This document shows, piece after piece, positions 38,705-50,657 of a stretch of 64,000 nt of DNA. Numbering within the stretch: position 1 is the first letter of the stretch; every line of letters begins with the position of its first letter. The notes beneath the pieces were generated by a model, which was not told the DNA's origin, ran no database searches, and was given only the letters and a program-made list of their open reading frames with translations. A program made the translations under genes and the position numbers. Source of the DNA: Cyanophora paradoxa CCMP329 (Eukaryota > Plantae > Glaucophyta); contig QPMI01000141.1 of NCBI GenBank assembly GCA_004431415.1, positions 97,720 through 161,719 of the forward strand, written 5' to 3'.

Positions 38705-40862
38705 ATGTTCATAGCGGCGGCACCGGCCATCCTCGCGCGCACGTTCTTCGCCGGTATCCCGCTCCGGCCCGCCAGCAGCAGCTGCAAGCCCCGCCCTCGC
38801 AAGCCTCAGCAGCACCAGCGTGCAACCCGCATCCGCTTCGTCGCATCCGTGAGAATGTCGTCCAACGCAGCAGCACCGCCCGGCGGGGAGAAGGTGCACA
38901 AGTCATTCCTTGACGACATCCAGAGCTCCACCGGCGAGTTCGTGCGCAAACCGAGCACCTTCCGGTGCGTTTCGGTGCGCGAGAGCGGTGTGAACACCCG
39001 GTGCGACGTCCCGCACCCGCGCAGGAACCGCGTGGCGGCGGACGGGTCGACCGAGTTCGCCCCCGAGGCCGGCCGCTACCGCCTCTACGTCTCCCACGCA
39101 TGCCCCTGGGCGCGCGTCCCCTCCTCGCAAAGCCACCCTGGATATGACTCCGAAATTGATCCCTGCGCGCACGCGCACGCCCTGTGGCAGGCGCACCGCA
39201 CGATCCTGGTGCGCAAGCTGAAGGGCCTGGAGAAGGTCATCGACGTCTCCGTCGTGCACTACTTTCTGCACCCCGAGGACGGCTGGACCTTCGACGCCAG
39301 CGACCCCGACGTCGTCGCCGACCCCCGCGGCTCCCGCCGGTCCGCGGCACTCGCACACGTACCCGGTCCGGAGCGCGTCATGGGGCTCTTACCTTTTCGC
39401 CCCGCAGGATCAAGGATTTGTACTACACGGCCGACCCCAACTACGTCGGCAAGTTCACCGTCCCCGTCCTTTGGTGCGGGTACCGGGGAAGGGCCGGGGT
39501 ACGGCGGCCGCGATCTGACTCGGGTACGCGCGAAGGGACGACAAGAAGCGGACGATCGTGAACAACGAGAGCTCCGAGATCATCCGGTACCCCTCTTGCA
39601 ATTGTCAAACCTTTTAGTCCATTTCGGGCGGCTTAGCCTCTCGAACCGTACCGGGCCAGGATGCTGAACAGCGAGTTTAACGCCTTCGCCGAAAACCCCT
39701 CGGTGCGTCCCCGTACCCTCTCCCCCCTCCTCTCTCTTCGTCTTCCTTCGGCCTGACTGTACCCTCAGCTGGATCTGTACCCCGAGGCGCTCCGCCCCGA
39801 GATCGACCGCTGGAACGATTTCATCTACCCCAACGTTAACAACGGCGCGCCTGTACCCCGAAGATCGCTTGCCGGCTGCTCATGTTGAGGGCGCAACCAC
39901 TTACACCTCTCCGCCCCTTCAGGCGTCTACCGCTGCGGATTCGCCACGTCGCAGGAAGCCTGTGCGGCACCCACCTCCCGTCGCCTCCCCCCTTCGCCCT
40001 GACTCGCCACGACCGTCGGACGCCTCTTCCCCCTTCCCCCGTAGACGAGAAGGCCTTCCGTGCGCCGCCCCCCCTCCTCCCCCCCCCCCGCCCTGACGGG
40101 GTACCCCAGACGACCTCTTTTTCGCGCTGAACCTCCTCGACGGCCACCTCGCCTCCTCCCGCTACCTCTGGCGCGCGCCATCGCCGCCCAGCAACCCCCC
40201 GCCCACGCCCTCTGAATCGCGTACCCCCTCGCAGCGGGGCGGCGTTCACGGAGGCGGACGTGCGGCTGTTCACGACCCTCGTGCGGTTCGACCCCGTCTA
40301 CGTCGGCCACTTCAAGGCGCGCCCGCGCCCCCGGCCCTGCCCCGCCCCCGGGCGCCCTGGGCGAGGGCCGAGGCGGGGCGGGTAGTGCAACAAGAAGCGG
40401 GTCGCGGAGTACGCGCACCTCTCCGCCTACCTCCGCGACCTCTACCAGGCCCGCCCCTCGCTCCCCCTTCCCGGCCCCCGCGCTGGCCCGCTGAGGCGCG
40501 CCCCTGTCCGACCAGATGCCGGGCGTCAAGGAGACCACCAACATGCGCCACATCAAGTGGTGCGCGCTCGCTTGCTCCGAGCTTGCTCGGGGTTCGAGGA
40601 GTTTGTTTGGCTGGCCCTCTTACCTTCTCGGCGCCCCGCCCCGCCCAGGCACTATTACTACTCCCACGACAAGATGTGCGTGGCCGCTTCCACCCGCTTG
40701 GCTTCTGAGCCCTCGCTCGGCTCCGCTGCGCCGCGCCTGCTGCGCCCGGCCCTCCCGCGCGCTCACTTTCCCGTGCGCGCGCGCAGCAACCCGTCGCGGG
40801 TCGTCCCCGTGGGCCCCGACATCTCCTACCTCGAGGGCCCCAACACCCGCGCCGCCATGTAG
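38705..40862 (+). CDS. Glutathionyl-hydroquinone reductase (YqjG/ECM4-type GST) with putative organellar transit peptide
   Basis: GEFVRKPSTFR, GRYRLYVSHACPWAHRT, FTVPVLWD, IVNNESSEIIRMLN, NNGVYRCGFA, RFDPVYVGHFKCN, HIKWHYYYSH, INPSRVVPVGP. Confidence 0.95.
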
Positions 40863-41017
40863 CCGCCGCAGCGAGCACCCTTCTGCTCTCAGCTGCGCGC
40901 GCCCCCTCTGCTCTCAGCTGCGTGCGCACGCCTCTGTGCGTGCTGTCCCCCGGCGTGCCGTGCCGTGGTGCTCTGTATTTACATAATTTATAGCACTTGT
41001 AGTGTAGGCTGGCTGGG

Positions 41018-42812
41018 CTAGCTCTCGGGGCTCGCCGGGCCGCCGCCGGCGCCCAGGTCGACGGGGAGGGGGCTGGCGTCGCCCTCCGGCTCCGGGGCGG
41101 GGGCGGGGGCGGGCAGGGGGCCGCTGCCCGCCACCTTGATCAGCACCTGCCGGCACGGCTGAGACAGGATCCAAGGCCGAGCTCGAGCTTGGGCCCGGCC
41201 CCACCTTTGCGGAGCGGCAGGCGGGGCGGTTGGCGGCGACGGCGAAGGCGTCGGGGGCCCGCTCAAGGGGGAAGGCGTGGGAGATGAGGGCGCGGGCCCG
41301 CGGGCCGGCCCGCCTCAGGACCTCCAGCCCCGCCTCGAAATCCCCCAGCTCCTCCAGCGCCCGCCCCGGCACCCGCAGGGGCGGTTCGGGCGGCCCCGCG
41401 TACGCCACCGAGTGCCGGATCGTCAGCTCCTGCCCCCGCCGCTGAGGGAGGGTACGGGACGGGAAAGAGGAGGGGTACCGCACTTTGGAGAGGGCGGGGT
41501 AGGCAGTGAAGGAGAGGGACGGGGCGAGGATGCCGACGAGCACGAGCGTCTGCGGCGGGGCGGGGCGTCGGGGGTACGCGACTCGAGGGGGGTACGCGGA
41601 TGCGGGCGCACGCCGGCGGGGCGGCAGAGGGAGGCGGGGGCGTCGAGGCTGGCGAGGCGGTCGTTCGCGCAGACGAGCACAGAGTCGAAGCGGGAGGCAA
41701 GGCCGGCGGCCTCCTCGGGGGCGACCACGGGGCTCGCCCCCGCCGCCTTAGCCGCCTCCCGCTGCGCCACGCGTGAGGCGCGGCGCCGGGCGGGCGGGCG
41801 GGCCGGGCGCGGCGGCGCCGCCGTCGCCGGGGTCGCGCCTGGAACGGGTGCTTGGCAACGGCGGCGAGGGAGGAGGCGCCGAGGGCGCGGGAGGCGAGGA
41901 GGGCGAGCAGGCCGATGGGGCCCGCGCCGTAGACGGCGAGCGAGACGCCAGGGGCGGCGCCGGCGACGCGCGCGGCGCGGACGCAGACGGCGGCGGGCTC
42001 GGCGAGCGCGGCGAGCTGGAGGTCGAGGCCCGGCGGGAGGCGGTGCAGCGCCCGCGCCGGCAGCGAGGCCTGCGAGGCCATGCCGCCGTCCAGGTCGATC
42101 CCGTGCACCCGCATCCGCGCGCAGATGTTCACGCTGCGCGCGCCGTGAGAGGCGCCTAGCGACGTGGGCTGCGGAACTCGCACCGGCCCGACCGGCACTC
42201 CGCGCACTCGAACTCGCCGCAGGGCTGTATCGGCTCGACGGCGGCGGCGTCCCCGCGCTTCCAGCCGGCGACCTCGGCGCCCACCTCCTCCACGACGGCG
42301 GAGAATTCGTGCCCGAGGACGACGCCCCGAGCGTATTGCTGCCCGCCGGTCTTGGCTGGTCCTGCTGGGGCGGCAGCGGACTGATCTTGGCCGGTCTGCC
42401 CGCCCCAGCGAGAGGCGTCCTGCTGGTCTTGGCAGCGGACGGCCTCCAGATCTGCGCGTGTAAGTCTTTACAGAACCATTCTGACCGCGCCAATGCGCCC
42501 CCCGCGCGCGCCGTGTGTACATGTGTGGGCGCCAGCAAGAAGCACAAGTAGCGCGGGAAAGTGCAGGGAGAGCGCGGCGCACGGCGCACCCGTCCCGCAG
42601 ATGCCCACAAAGGCCGGCCTCACGCGCACGCGTGTCGGCGAGAGGGCGCTGGGGCGCTCGCGGCGCTCGAGGCGAAGTTGAAAGTGCGCGCCAGCATCAC
42701 CGCCCAGGACGACGCAAAGCTGCTGAGCATGTTGTGCGTGCAGCTGCTTCGAATTAGAGCTCTTTTCCGCCCGCTCGAGCTCGCCTCCGAGGGTTGAGGA
42801 AAGCGTCTCCAT
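41018..42812 (-). CDS. Zinc-dependent medium-chain dehydrogenase (sorbitol/threonine dehydrogenase-like)
   Basis: VGICGTD, VLGHEF, CGEFECAECRSG..NIC, DGGMA, AALAEP, VYGAGPIGL, LISHAFPL, KVLI. Confidence 0.9.
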
Positions 42813-43112
42813 CGCGTCGGGGGAGTACGCTGATTCTACATACGCAATTGACGCTCGACGGCGCCGCCTCGCGATCGGGTTCAATATCGATATCCTGTTC
42901 GATCGATCTCCTCACGGCCTGCGCGCGCCGCGCGATCGAGATCCTTGCTGCAGCCTTTCTGCAGCCTGCAGTTCCAGCAACTAGCACCGACCAGCGCTAG
43001 CGCCCGAATCTAAGCGCTAGCCTTAGGCGGCAGCCAGCAGCTCTGAGCACGTGCACAGCCCATCGGCCTTCGACTCCTCGAAGGTTGAATCGGCAGTCGT
43101 GATCTCTCTCGG

Positions 43113-44967
43113 ATGCTGGGCCCGCTCGTGGCCGCGCTCGGGGCGGCCGGCGCCGTCGTGTACGGATGCCGCAAGCGAACCGGCGAGCGGAAGCGCGTCG
43201 TCGTCTGCGGTGGTGGATTCGCGGGCGTGAAGCTCGTGCACCAGCTGCACGGCGAGTTTGACGTGACCCTCGTCGACCCGAAGGAGTTCTTCGAGGTAGG
43301 CCGTTGTCGGCGTCGATCGCATCGATCTCGTCGGCCTTAAGCTTCGTCGATGCATCTGACGTCAGCGCAGTACACGCCGGGCATCCTGAGAGCTTTCGTC
43401 GATCCCGGGCACTTCCACGCGGCGCTCGCCGTCGACTACGCCGCGCTGCCGGCCGCCTTCGTGCGCGGCGAGCTTGAGGAGGTCCTCGCGGAGCGCGTTG
43501 CGGTCCGCACGCCCGAGGGCCGCCGCGAGCTCCCGTTCGACTTCCTCGTCCTCGCGACGGGCCTCGGGTACGCCCCGCCCGTGCGGCCGGCGCCGTCCTC
43601 CGTCACCCGCGAGTCGCGCGGCGCGGAGCTCGCCGCCTCCGCCGCCGCCCTCCGCTCCGCATCCTCCGTCGTCGTCGTCGGCGGGTGCGCCTTTCAACTC
43701 TTTTCGGCCTCGCCCGCCGCCCGCGCAGCCTTACGCGCGGCTCCGGCGCGGCCGGCAGGGGCCTCGTGGGCGTGGAGCTGGCGGCGGAGGTGGCGGCGGT
43801 GCGGCCGGCCTCGGAGTGCTCCGTGACGCTCCTGGAGGGCGGGGCGGACATCCTGCCGGGGATGGCGCCCCGCACGCGGGCCTACTGCCGCGCCTGGCTC
43901 GAGGCCCGCGGCGTGCGCATCCTCTGCGGCGTCAGGGTCGATAAGGTCGCCGAGGCGGGGGCGGGCGCGCCCGGCGGCGCCCGCGTGATCTCCACCAGCG
44001 ACGGCGGCTCGCTGCGCGCCGACTGCCTCCTCTGGGGTGCCCCGCCGCCCTCCTCCGCCCTGCCTGCTCTCCGGCCCGATCGCGGCCCGCCTCACGCCCG
44101 CGGCGCGGCAGCGACGGGCGTGGGCGCGGGGGCGGCCCGGCGGCGCCGCGGGGCGAGGCGCTGGCGCGGGCGACGGACGAGCGCGGCTGCATCCGCGTGA
44201 ACGATCACCTGCAGGCCCGCCCCGCCCCGCCCCCGTCCGGCCCCGGCCCGGGGGGCTGAGGGGGCCGGGGCCGGGGGCGGGCAGGTGGAGGGCCTCTCGC
44301 GCGTCTTCGCCCTCGGCGACCTCATGCGCCACGCCAGGCCCGCCGTCCCGCGCCCGGGGCCCGGGCCGGGGCTAAGTTGGGGCCTCACGGGGCGGGGCAG
44401 CGGGGAGGCGAAGCTCGCGCACAAGGCGGAGCTCAACGCGGCGACCTGCGCCGAGAACATCCGCCGCCTCGCCCGCGCCTCCCCGTCCGCCCCGCCCCGC
44501 CCCGCACCCGTTCGACTCGATTGCCCTCCGTGCCGCGGGCCGACGGATCCCTCGGCAGGGAGCCGCTGCTCTCGTACCCTCCCGGGGGCGTGAAGACCCC
44601 CGTGATCGTCTGCATCTCCCTCGGTGCGCGCGCGCGCCCGCGGGCCCCGCCGTTCCGGTTCAATGGAATCTGATGCGGGGGCGGGCGGCAGGGCCGCGGG
44701 ACGGGGCGCTGGAGTTCAACGGGGCGCTGCTGGCGCGGGGGCGGGCGGCGGCGCTCGCCAAGGCCTTCGTCGAGCGCTCCAAGATGGCCGAGGTGCTTCC
44801 CGCCGCCAAACCCGACGCCGTGCTCGCCCCCTCGCCGGGCCACTGAGCCGGGGCGGCGGGGGCAGATCCGGGGCAGCCGGGCCGCGCAGCTCCTGTGGCG
44901 CGTGAGCGACGCGCAGGCCGCCCTCATCAACCGCTTCGTCATCCCCGCCAGGGCCCCCGCCCCCTGA
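43113..44967 (+). CDS. AIFM2/FSP1-like FAD-dependent NAD(P)H oxidoreductase
   Basis: VVVCGGGFAG, DVTLVDPKEFFEYTPG, FDFLVLATG, VVVVGGGLVGVELAAE, VNDHLQV, VFALGD. Confidence 0.88.
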
Positions 44968-45872
44968 TCCCGCACCCCCCCGGCGCGGGATGGAAGCCTA
45001 GTAGGCGGGGCCCCCGGCCCCCTCGCCTCCGCCCCTGGCCTTCGTGATCACCTCCTCTGATCCGCCTTCGCAAATTGGGCTCGGCCCCCTGAAAGGCCCG
45101 AGCCTGCAATTGCATTGTTTCGTTATAAATTATCTTCGACGTGTTATTTACGATGGTACTTGGCGGGTTGCCCATTCGATCAGCGGCCCTTTGAGCCGGC
45201 CCCTTGGCAATTGCAAGCGCCCCGGGGCCCGATTCGGCTCGTGGAAAGGTCCGCATCGATTGCGAGCAAAACTGAAGGGTACAGGAGGACCAAGCTAGAC
45301 TACAATAATCAACAACACACAATTCGCGGCGCTCTCTTCCTCGGGCGCGCGGCCACGGGGGCCGGCCGCTGCGAGGTTCGAGCCCTCATCTCTTCCGTCT
45401 TCGCATCCGCTGCGCGCGGACTCGCGCAGCCGCTCCGCCCGCCGTCGCTGCGGGGGGCGGGGGCCGGCGCGGGCCGGCGCCGCCGGTGCTGCTGGTGGTG
45501 GTGCTGGTGCGCTGTGGCTGAGCGCGGGCCGCGGCTCGCTGCTCTGCGCCACGCGCCAGGCGCCGCCTCTGTCGCACTGCCGCGTAGTTGGCTGTGCGGG
45601 AGGGGCCTGGGACGGTCGCTCGCGCCGCCGGGCGGGGGAGGGCGCTGCCTCCGCCGTCGGGTCGGCGGCTCGGCTCCCGTCGAGGGGAAAGGGTGGAGGC
45701 GTGTCCACCGTAGGTGATCGGAGTCCACTATGGAGCTCCCAGCAGGTCCCCGCGGGGCCCGCGGTCTGCGAGGCGAGGAGAAGAGCCGAGGTCAGCCGCC
45801 CGTCTCGAGAGGGGGCGAGAAAGCGACGCGGCCCGCCCGCGGTCTAGAGGGGCTAGATAGGATAGAGGCAGA

Positions 45873-45999
45873 GAACGCTCAGACATCCAAGGAAGATTGG
45901 GCCCGCAGCGGCCCAGCCCCCGGCAAGGGGCGGGCCCTCGGGTGGACAACTGCGAATGTGTTGAGAGACGGAAATCTCGTTGTTTCGATCATGGCGTTC
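45873..45999 (-). ncRNA. U14: U14 C/D-box snoRNA, copy in a 3'UTR intron of eIF4G
   Basis: Terminal stem GAACGC/GCGTTC; C-like box ATGATCGA; domain A CATTCGCAGT, complementary to 18S ACTGCGAATG; GC-rich central hairpin; domain B TTCCTTGGATGT, complementary to 18S ACATCCAAGGAA, directly before box D CTGA. Confidence 0.92.
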
Positions 46000-46116
46000 T
46001 TTGCTCGGTCCGCTGAGGGGATCCGGCCCCGAAAACCCACCCGGCCCGGCCCCGAAGACGGCACGAGAGGGGCCCGGGGAGCGGCGGGGGCGCACCAGGT
46101 GATCTCCGTGGCCGAC

Positions 46117-49100
46117 CTAAGCGGAGCTGTCGACGAGGACCACCTTGCGGTGCTCGTCGCTCTGCGGGGCGGGGCGAGCGTGAGAGGCCGCCCGGGGGGG
46201 AAGAGGGAGATGCAGGGGCGCACGGTGAGCAGCGAGGCCCAGTTGACGTCGGAGCCGGTGCGGCAGAGCTCGCCGGCCGCGGCGTCGCCGAGGGCGAGGC
46301 GCATGGCGGCCACGGCGGCGTCGGCGACCGCGGGGGCCTCGACGGCGGCGAAGAAGGAGACGGGGAGCGCGCTCCTGGCCATGCAGCGGCCCACGAACTC
46401 GCCGACGAGCGCCGGCGCGTGCGGCACGTCGATGCCGATGTCCTCCAGCGACCCGATCACGTGCTCCAGCCTGCACGGCGCCCCTTAGCCCCGAACGCTG
46501 AGCGGGGCGGGGCGGGGGCGGGGCGCGGGGCGCACGCGCGGGCGATGTGGGAGCCGTGGAGGAGCGCGCGGCCGTGGCCGGCGACCATGAGGCGGGCGAG
46601 GAGGTCCCGCTCGCGGGCGCGGCGGTCGATGCCGACGAGGACGGCCCGGTGCACGACCTCGACCCGCCCGTCGTCGTCCAGGCGCAGCTCGCCCAGGCTC
46701 TCCAGCGTGTCCGCCAGCTCCTCGCTGCACAGGAACTCGTCCAGCAGGTCCCGGATCGACTCCGCCGCCGGCCGCTTCGACGCCGAGGCCGCCGAGGGGG
46801 CGTGGCTCGGGAGCTCGAGGATGAGGGGCGGCGGGCTGCCGGCGCGGCTGCTGCCCGAGCGGACCTCGAGGCAGGCGCCGACGGCGGTGACGCCCGAGGA
46901 GGATTCGGTGGGCGCGAGGGTCGAGGACGAGGGCGACAGGGGCGGGGTGGACGAGGCGGCCGAGCCCTGCCCGTCCGAGAGCGACGAGCCCGAGCCGCGC
47001 CGCTCGCTCTCCTCCAGCGCCCCGAAACGGTTCGCCGCCTGCGCCTTGCCCCCGTTGCCCGCCTGCTGCTGCTGCTGCTGCGGCTTGCCGGCCTTGCCCG
47101 CCGGCTTCTCCTGCGCCGCCGCCGCCGGCTGCTGCCGGCCGGCCGGCTGCTTCACCTGCGGCGTCTTCTTGATGTTCGAGGTCGGCTGGCCGATCGCGGC
47201 GCTGAAGCTCTGCAGCCGGCCCGACGCCGTCTTGGTGCTCGACGGCGGCGAGGGCGCCGGCGAGGCCGCCGGGGCCGCGCCCTTCTTCGCCGACGCGCCG
47301 CGGCCGCCCTTCTTGGCCGACACCGTCGTGAAGCCGTCGTCCGACTTGGGCGTCACCGGCGTCGTCGCCACCTGCAGCGAGCGCGCGCGCCCGTGCGCCG
47401 CGGCGCCGGTCGGGGTCGCCAGCGGCGAGGCCGGGGCCCGGGAGCTCGAGGGGGTCGCCAGCGGGGTCGACGCGGCGCGGTCGAGGCGGGCCGAGAGGGG
47501 CCGCCGCGGGGACTTGGTGTCGATGGCGAGGCCGGCGGCCTTGCGCTTCTCCTCGCGCTGCGCCTGCGGCGACGGCCTCGGACAACGCGCGGGCGCGCGG
47601 GCGAGCGGGAGGAGAGCATTGGGAGGGCGGACCTCGGCGTGGATCTCGTCGAGGGTCTTGGGGCCCGAGGCCTCGTGGCGGGGCACCCAGCCGTGGGCGC
47701 GTAGCTCCACGACGTCCTGCAGGAGGAAGCGGATGCGCGAGGAGAGGCGCTCGCAGGTGCCCCGACTGTGCGCCTCGATGTCCGCGAAGAGCTTGTCCAT
47801 GAAGCGCCGGCACCGGATGTTGTCCAGCAGCTTCCCCGTCGTCTGCGGCGGGCAAGAAGCGATCAGATTCGATCCGCCGTCTCAAAGGGCGGAGGCGAAG
47901 GGGGGCGGACCTGGAGGAGCTTGCAGAGGGCCTCGAGGTTCTCCTCGTCGGGGGTGTCCGCCTCGCCCAGGAGGCGCGTGTTGCAGTCCAGCACGATCAT
48001 CTCCGGCAGCAGCTTCACCTTGTACAGCTCCCCGATGAACTTGATATGTGCGAGGCGGTCGAGGAGAGCAGCGCGGGCAGAGGCGGGCGTCGCGACTCGA
48101 AAAGGCGGGAAAGAAGGAGAAGGGGGGGAGAGAGAACGCTCAGACATCCAAGGAAGATTGGGCCCGCAGCGGCCCAGCCCCCGGCAAGGGGCGGGCCCTC
48201 GGGTGGACAACTGCGAATGTGTTGAGAGACGGAAATCTCGTTGTTTCGATCATGGCGTTCCGAAAGGGGAAGAAAGGAAACGGAAAAGGAGGGGAAAGGG
48301 GGCGAATGCGGAACTCGCGGTCGAAAGGATATTGCCAAGCATAGCCTTCTTCATGAGCATCATGCGGTACTCGCGCTCCTCCTTGGGGAGGTCCTCGAGC
48401 CCCTCGGACGAGGGCTGCTTCTCGAACTCCTGCTGGCACTTGTTGAGCAGCAGCCGGCGGAAGTTCTGCGGTGCCGGACGGAGCGTGAGACCGGTGAACG
48501 AGGTCGGGCGGGCGGGGCGGGGGCGCCTCGGTGTGGCCGTCGAGGGAGTACTCGGGGAGCTTCTCGCAGAGGCGGACGCAGAGCTGGGCGTAGACGGCGC
48601 TGAACGCAGGCTCCGTCACGGCCTTGTCGAAGATCAGGCCGATCGTCCCCCGCAGCAGGTTCAGCGACGAGATGCGCCCGTCCATCAGCTGCCCCAGCAG
48701 CGCCTCGAACTTCTCCAGCGTCAGCTTGTTCAATATACTGCGCGCGCGCCGCGGCGTCGGCGTCGGCGGCGGGCACGGGATGGAAGAGGCGCAGGACTGG
48801 AGAGGGCGGACCCCTTGATGCTCTTGAGGACCTTCTCCTCCTCGCTGGCGTCTGTGTTGCGGATCCAGCGGTTCTCAGTCTGTACAAGGGGCGCGACCTG
48901 CGGTGCGACAGGGGGGCCGTCCGTGAGCGGGCGGGCGCCTCGCGAGCGGTCGGCGGAGGGGGCGGCGCACGTCCGCAAGGGGCGCCGGCTCCGCACATCC
49001 TGAGCGCCATTCGCGATCGTTGTCTGACTTCTTCCGGTTGTAGTTGTTGTAGGAGCTGCAGATCGCGATCACGTCGGGGGCGGGGCGCGGCCGGGAGGTG

Positions 49101-50441
49101 CGGAGGGGCCGGGGAGGGGATGGAGGGCGGCGGCACCTGGCGGGGGTCCCGCGCGAAGCGTGGGGCGAAGGTTCGTGATCGTGCCGGCCCCGGGGCCCGT
49201 GGCCCTTCTACGTAGCAAACGCGACGCGATAAGAGACAAGGCAGCATAAGCCGCTCGGTTCAGTCGTCAAGCACGTGTCCGGGCCCAGGGCTCGCGGTCA
49301 ACATAGCTCTCGTGAACCCTCACCCACGCGCGTCGCCGCACGGGGTCTTCGTGCGCTAGAGGGCACGGAACGGAAACGGTCGCGTTCGGTCTCGGAGGGA
49401 TGCCAGGAGCACGGCTGCCAATCCTGGGCCTCTCGCGAACGGCGACCGCCCCGGAGGGATCTATGCTCCATCACTGGCAGCCGCCCGGCGGGCAGCAGTG
49501 CCTCCGGAGCTCCCACGCGTCGTTAATAAGCACGTCGGCACACGGCGCCGTGTGGCGCTTGCGCGCGATCGTGCTTTTGGGGCGGCTTAGGGCGCGGCTA
49601 CTCTTCCCCTGCAGGAGAAGATCAATATCGCGAGGACCTAGCATATCCCCATCGTAGACCGTGATCGAAAATGCGATCGCGACCGGCGCGAAACCGGGGC
49701 GCCGAGGCGGACCTTGGAGCTGACGGGGGTCTTGCGCTGGCCTCCGCGCGACGCGGGCGGGTAGAACTCCTCCTCAACTTCTGAGCCGGCCAGCTCCATG
49801 ACGACGCACGGCAGCCGCGGCAGCTCGAACGTGGGCTCCACGCAATACTGCGCAAGGTCGCGATCAGCGCTAGCGCGCGCCCCGGCGAGCCATCCGCGGC
49901 GCGTAGAGGTTCTCGCGCACCGGACGGAAGGCAAGGAGGAAGTTGCGGTCGTACTTGACAGTGGACGGAACTTTGCAGGGGGTCGCCAGCGGAACGCTGG
50001 TGGCGAGGTCATATGCTTCGAGATCCGCGCTTCCGGTGGGCACAGAGGGCGTCTTGGGCACATCGAAGGTCATTTGCTGCGCGTAGAACCGTCAGGACTA
50101 CCGGGGGCGACTCCAATGGGCGAGAAAATGACGATCGCGATCTGGCTCACCTTGGGAATGAAAGGGGTGGCGCAGGGGTTGAGGCTAGGCGTTGATGCGC
50201 TCGAGGGCTCCTGTGAAGCCGATGGCGTAGTCTCGCATGGCGATGCGGGGGTCGCAGGCGCGCTGGGCGATGCAGGTGTGAAGACGGCCGCGCCCGCTCG
50301 CAGGAAGGTGGGCGTGAACACTGCGGCTGTTGCGCGGAGCTTTGTGCACGCGCTACTGCTGCTGTCTGTCTTGCAGGGAGTGGAAGCCGCTGGACTGCTC
50401 GGTCCGTCTTCCAGAACCACAGGTGCGGTGTCGTGGGCCAT
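46117..50441 (-). CDS. EIF4G: Translation initiation factor eIF4G (PAM2-like motifs, eIF4E-binding motif, MIF4G, MA3)
   Basis: KYDRNFLL (YxxxxLphi), KGILNKLTLEKF, IFDKAVTEPAFSAVYAQLC, FRRLLLNKCQQEFE, LGNIKFIGELY, ENLEALCKLL, SRIRFLLQDVVELR, GPKTLDEIH, MA3-like LEDIGIDVPHAP. Confidence 0.93.
48048..48332 (-). other. Canonical U12-type AT-AC intron in eIF4G (hosts U14)
   Basis: GGCA|ATATCCTTT ... TCCTCGAC(branch-like)CGCCTCGCAC|ATATCAAG. Removal restores the conserved LGNIKFIGEL. Confidence 0.92.
48134..48260 (-). ncRNA. U14: U14 C/D-box snoRNA, copy inside the U12 intron of eIF4G
   Basis: 127 nt identical to 45873-45999, with the same domain A, domain B and boxes. Confidence 0.92.
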
Positions 50442-50657
50442 TTTGCGTTATGAGAAGGGGGAAGTTGTGCTGTGGTCGTTGGGCGGGGAAGATGGACGGG
50501 ATGAGGGAGAAAGATGGACCGCGCAATGGCCGCGATCGAACTGAGGGGTATACGCGGCTTCTCGCTCGACACCGTACCCCACTTCAAACCACGTACCCGA
50601 GCCGCAAGCAGCCGAACTCTCGCTGCAGCAGCACTCTAGCGGCAGGACAACTTAGGG

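Noticed and set aside
45295-45728. Short ORFs downstream of eIF4G
   Set aside because: Low complexity with no recognisable motif; more likely 3'UTR.
49208-49548. Assignment of the structured intron to RNase P, U17/snR30 or U3
   Set aside because: Only superficial word matches; diagnostic motifs (P4 helix, m1/m2, boxes A/B/C) are missing, so it is left unassigned.
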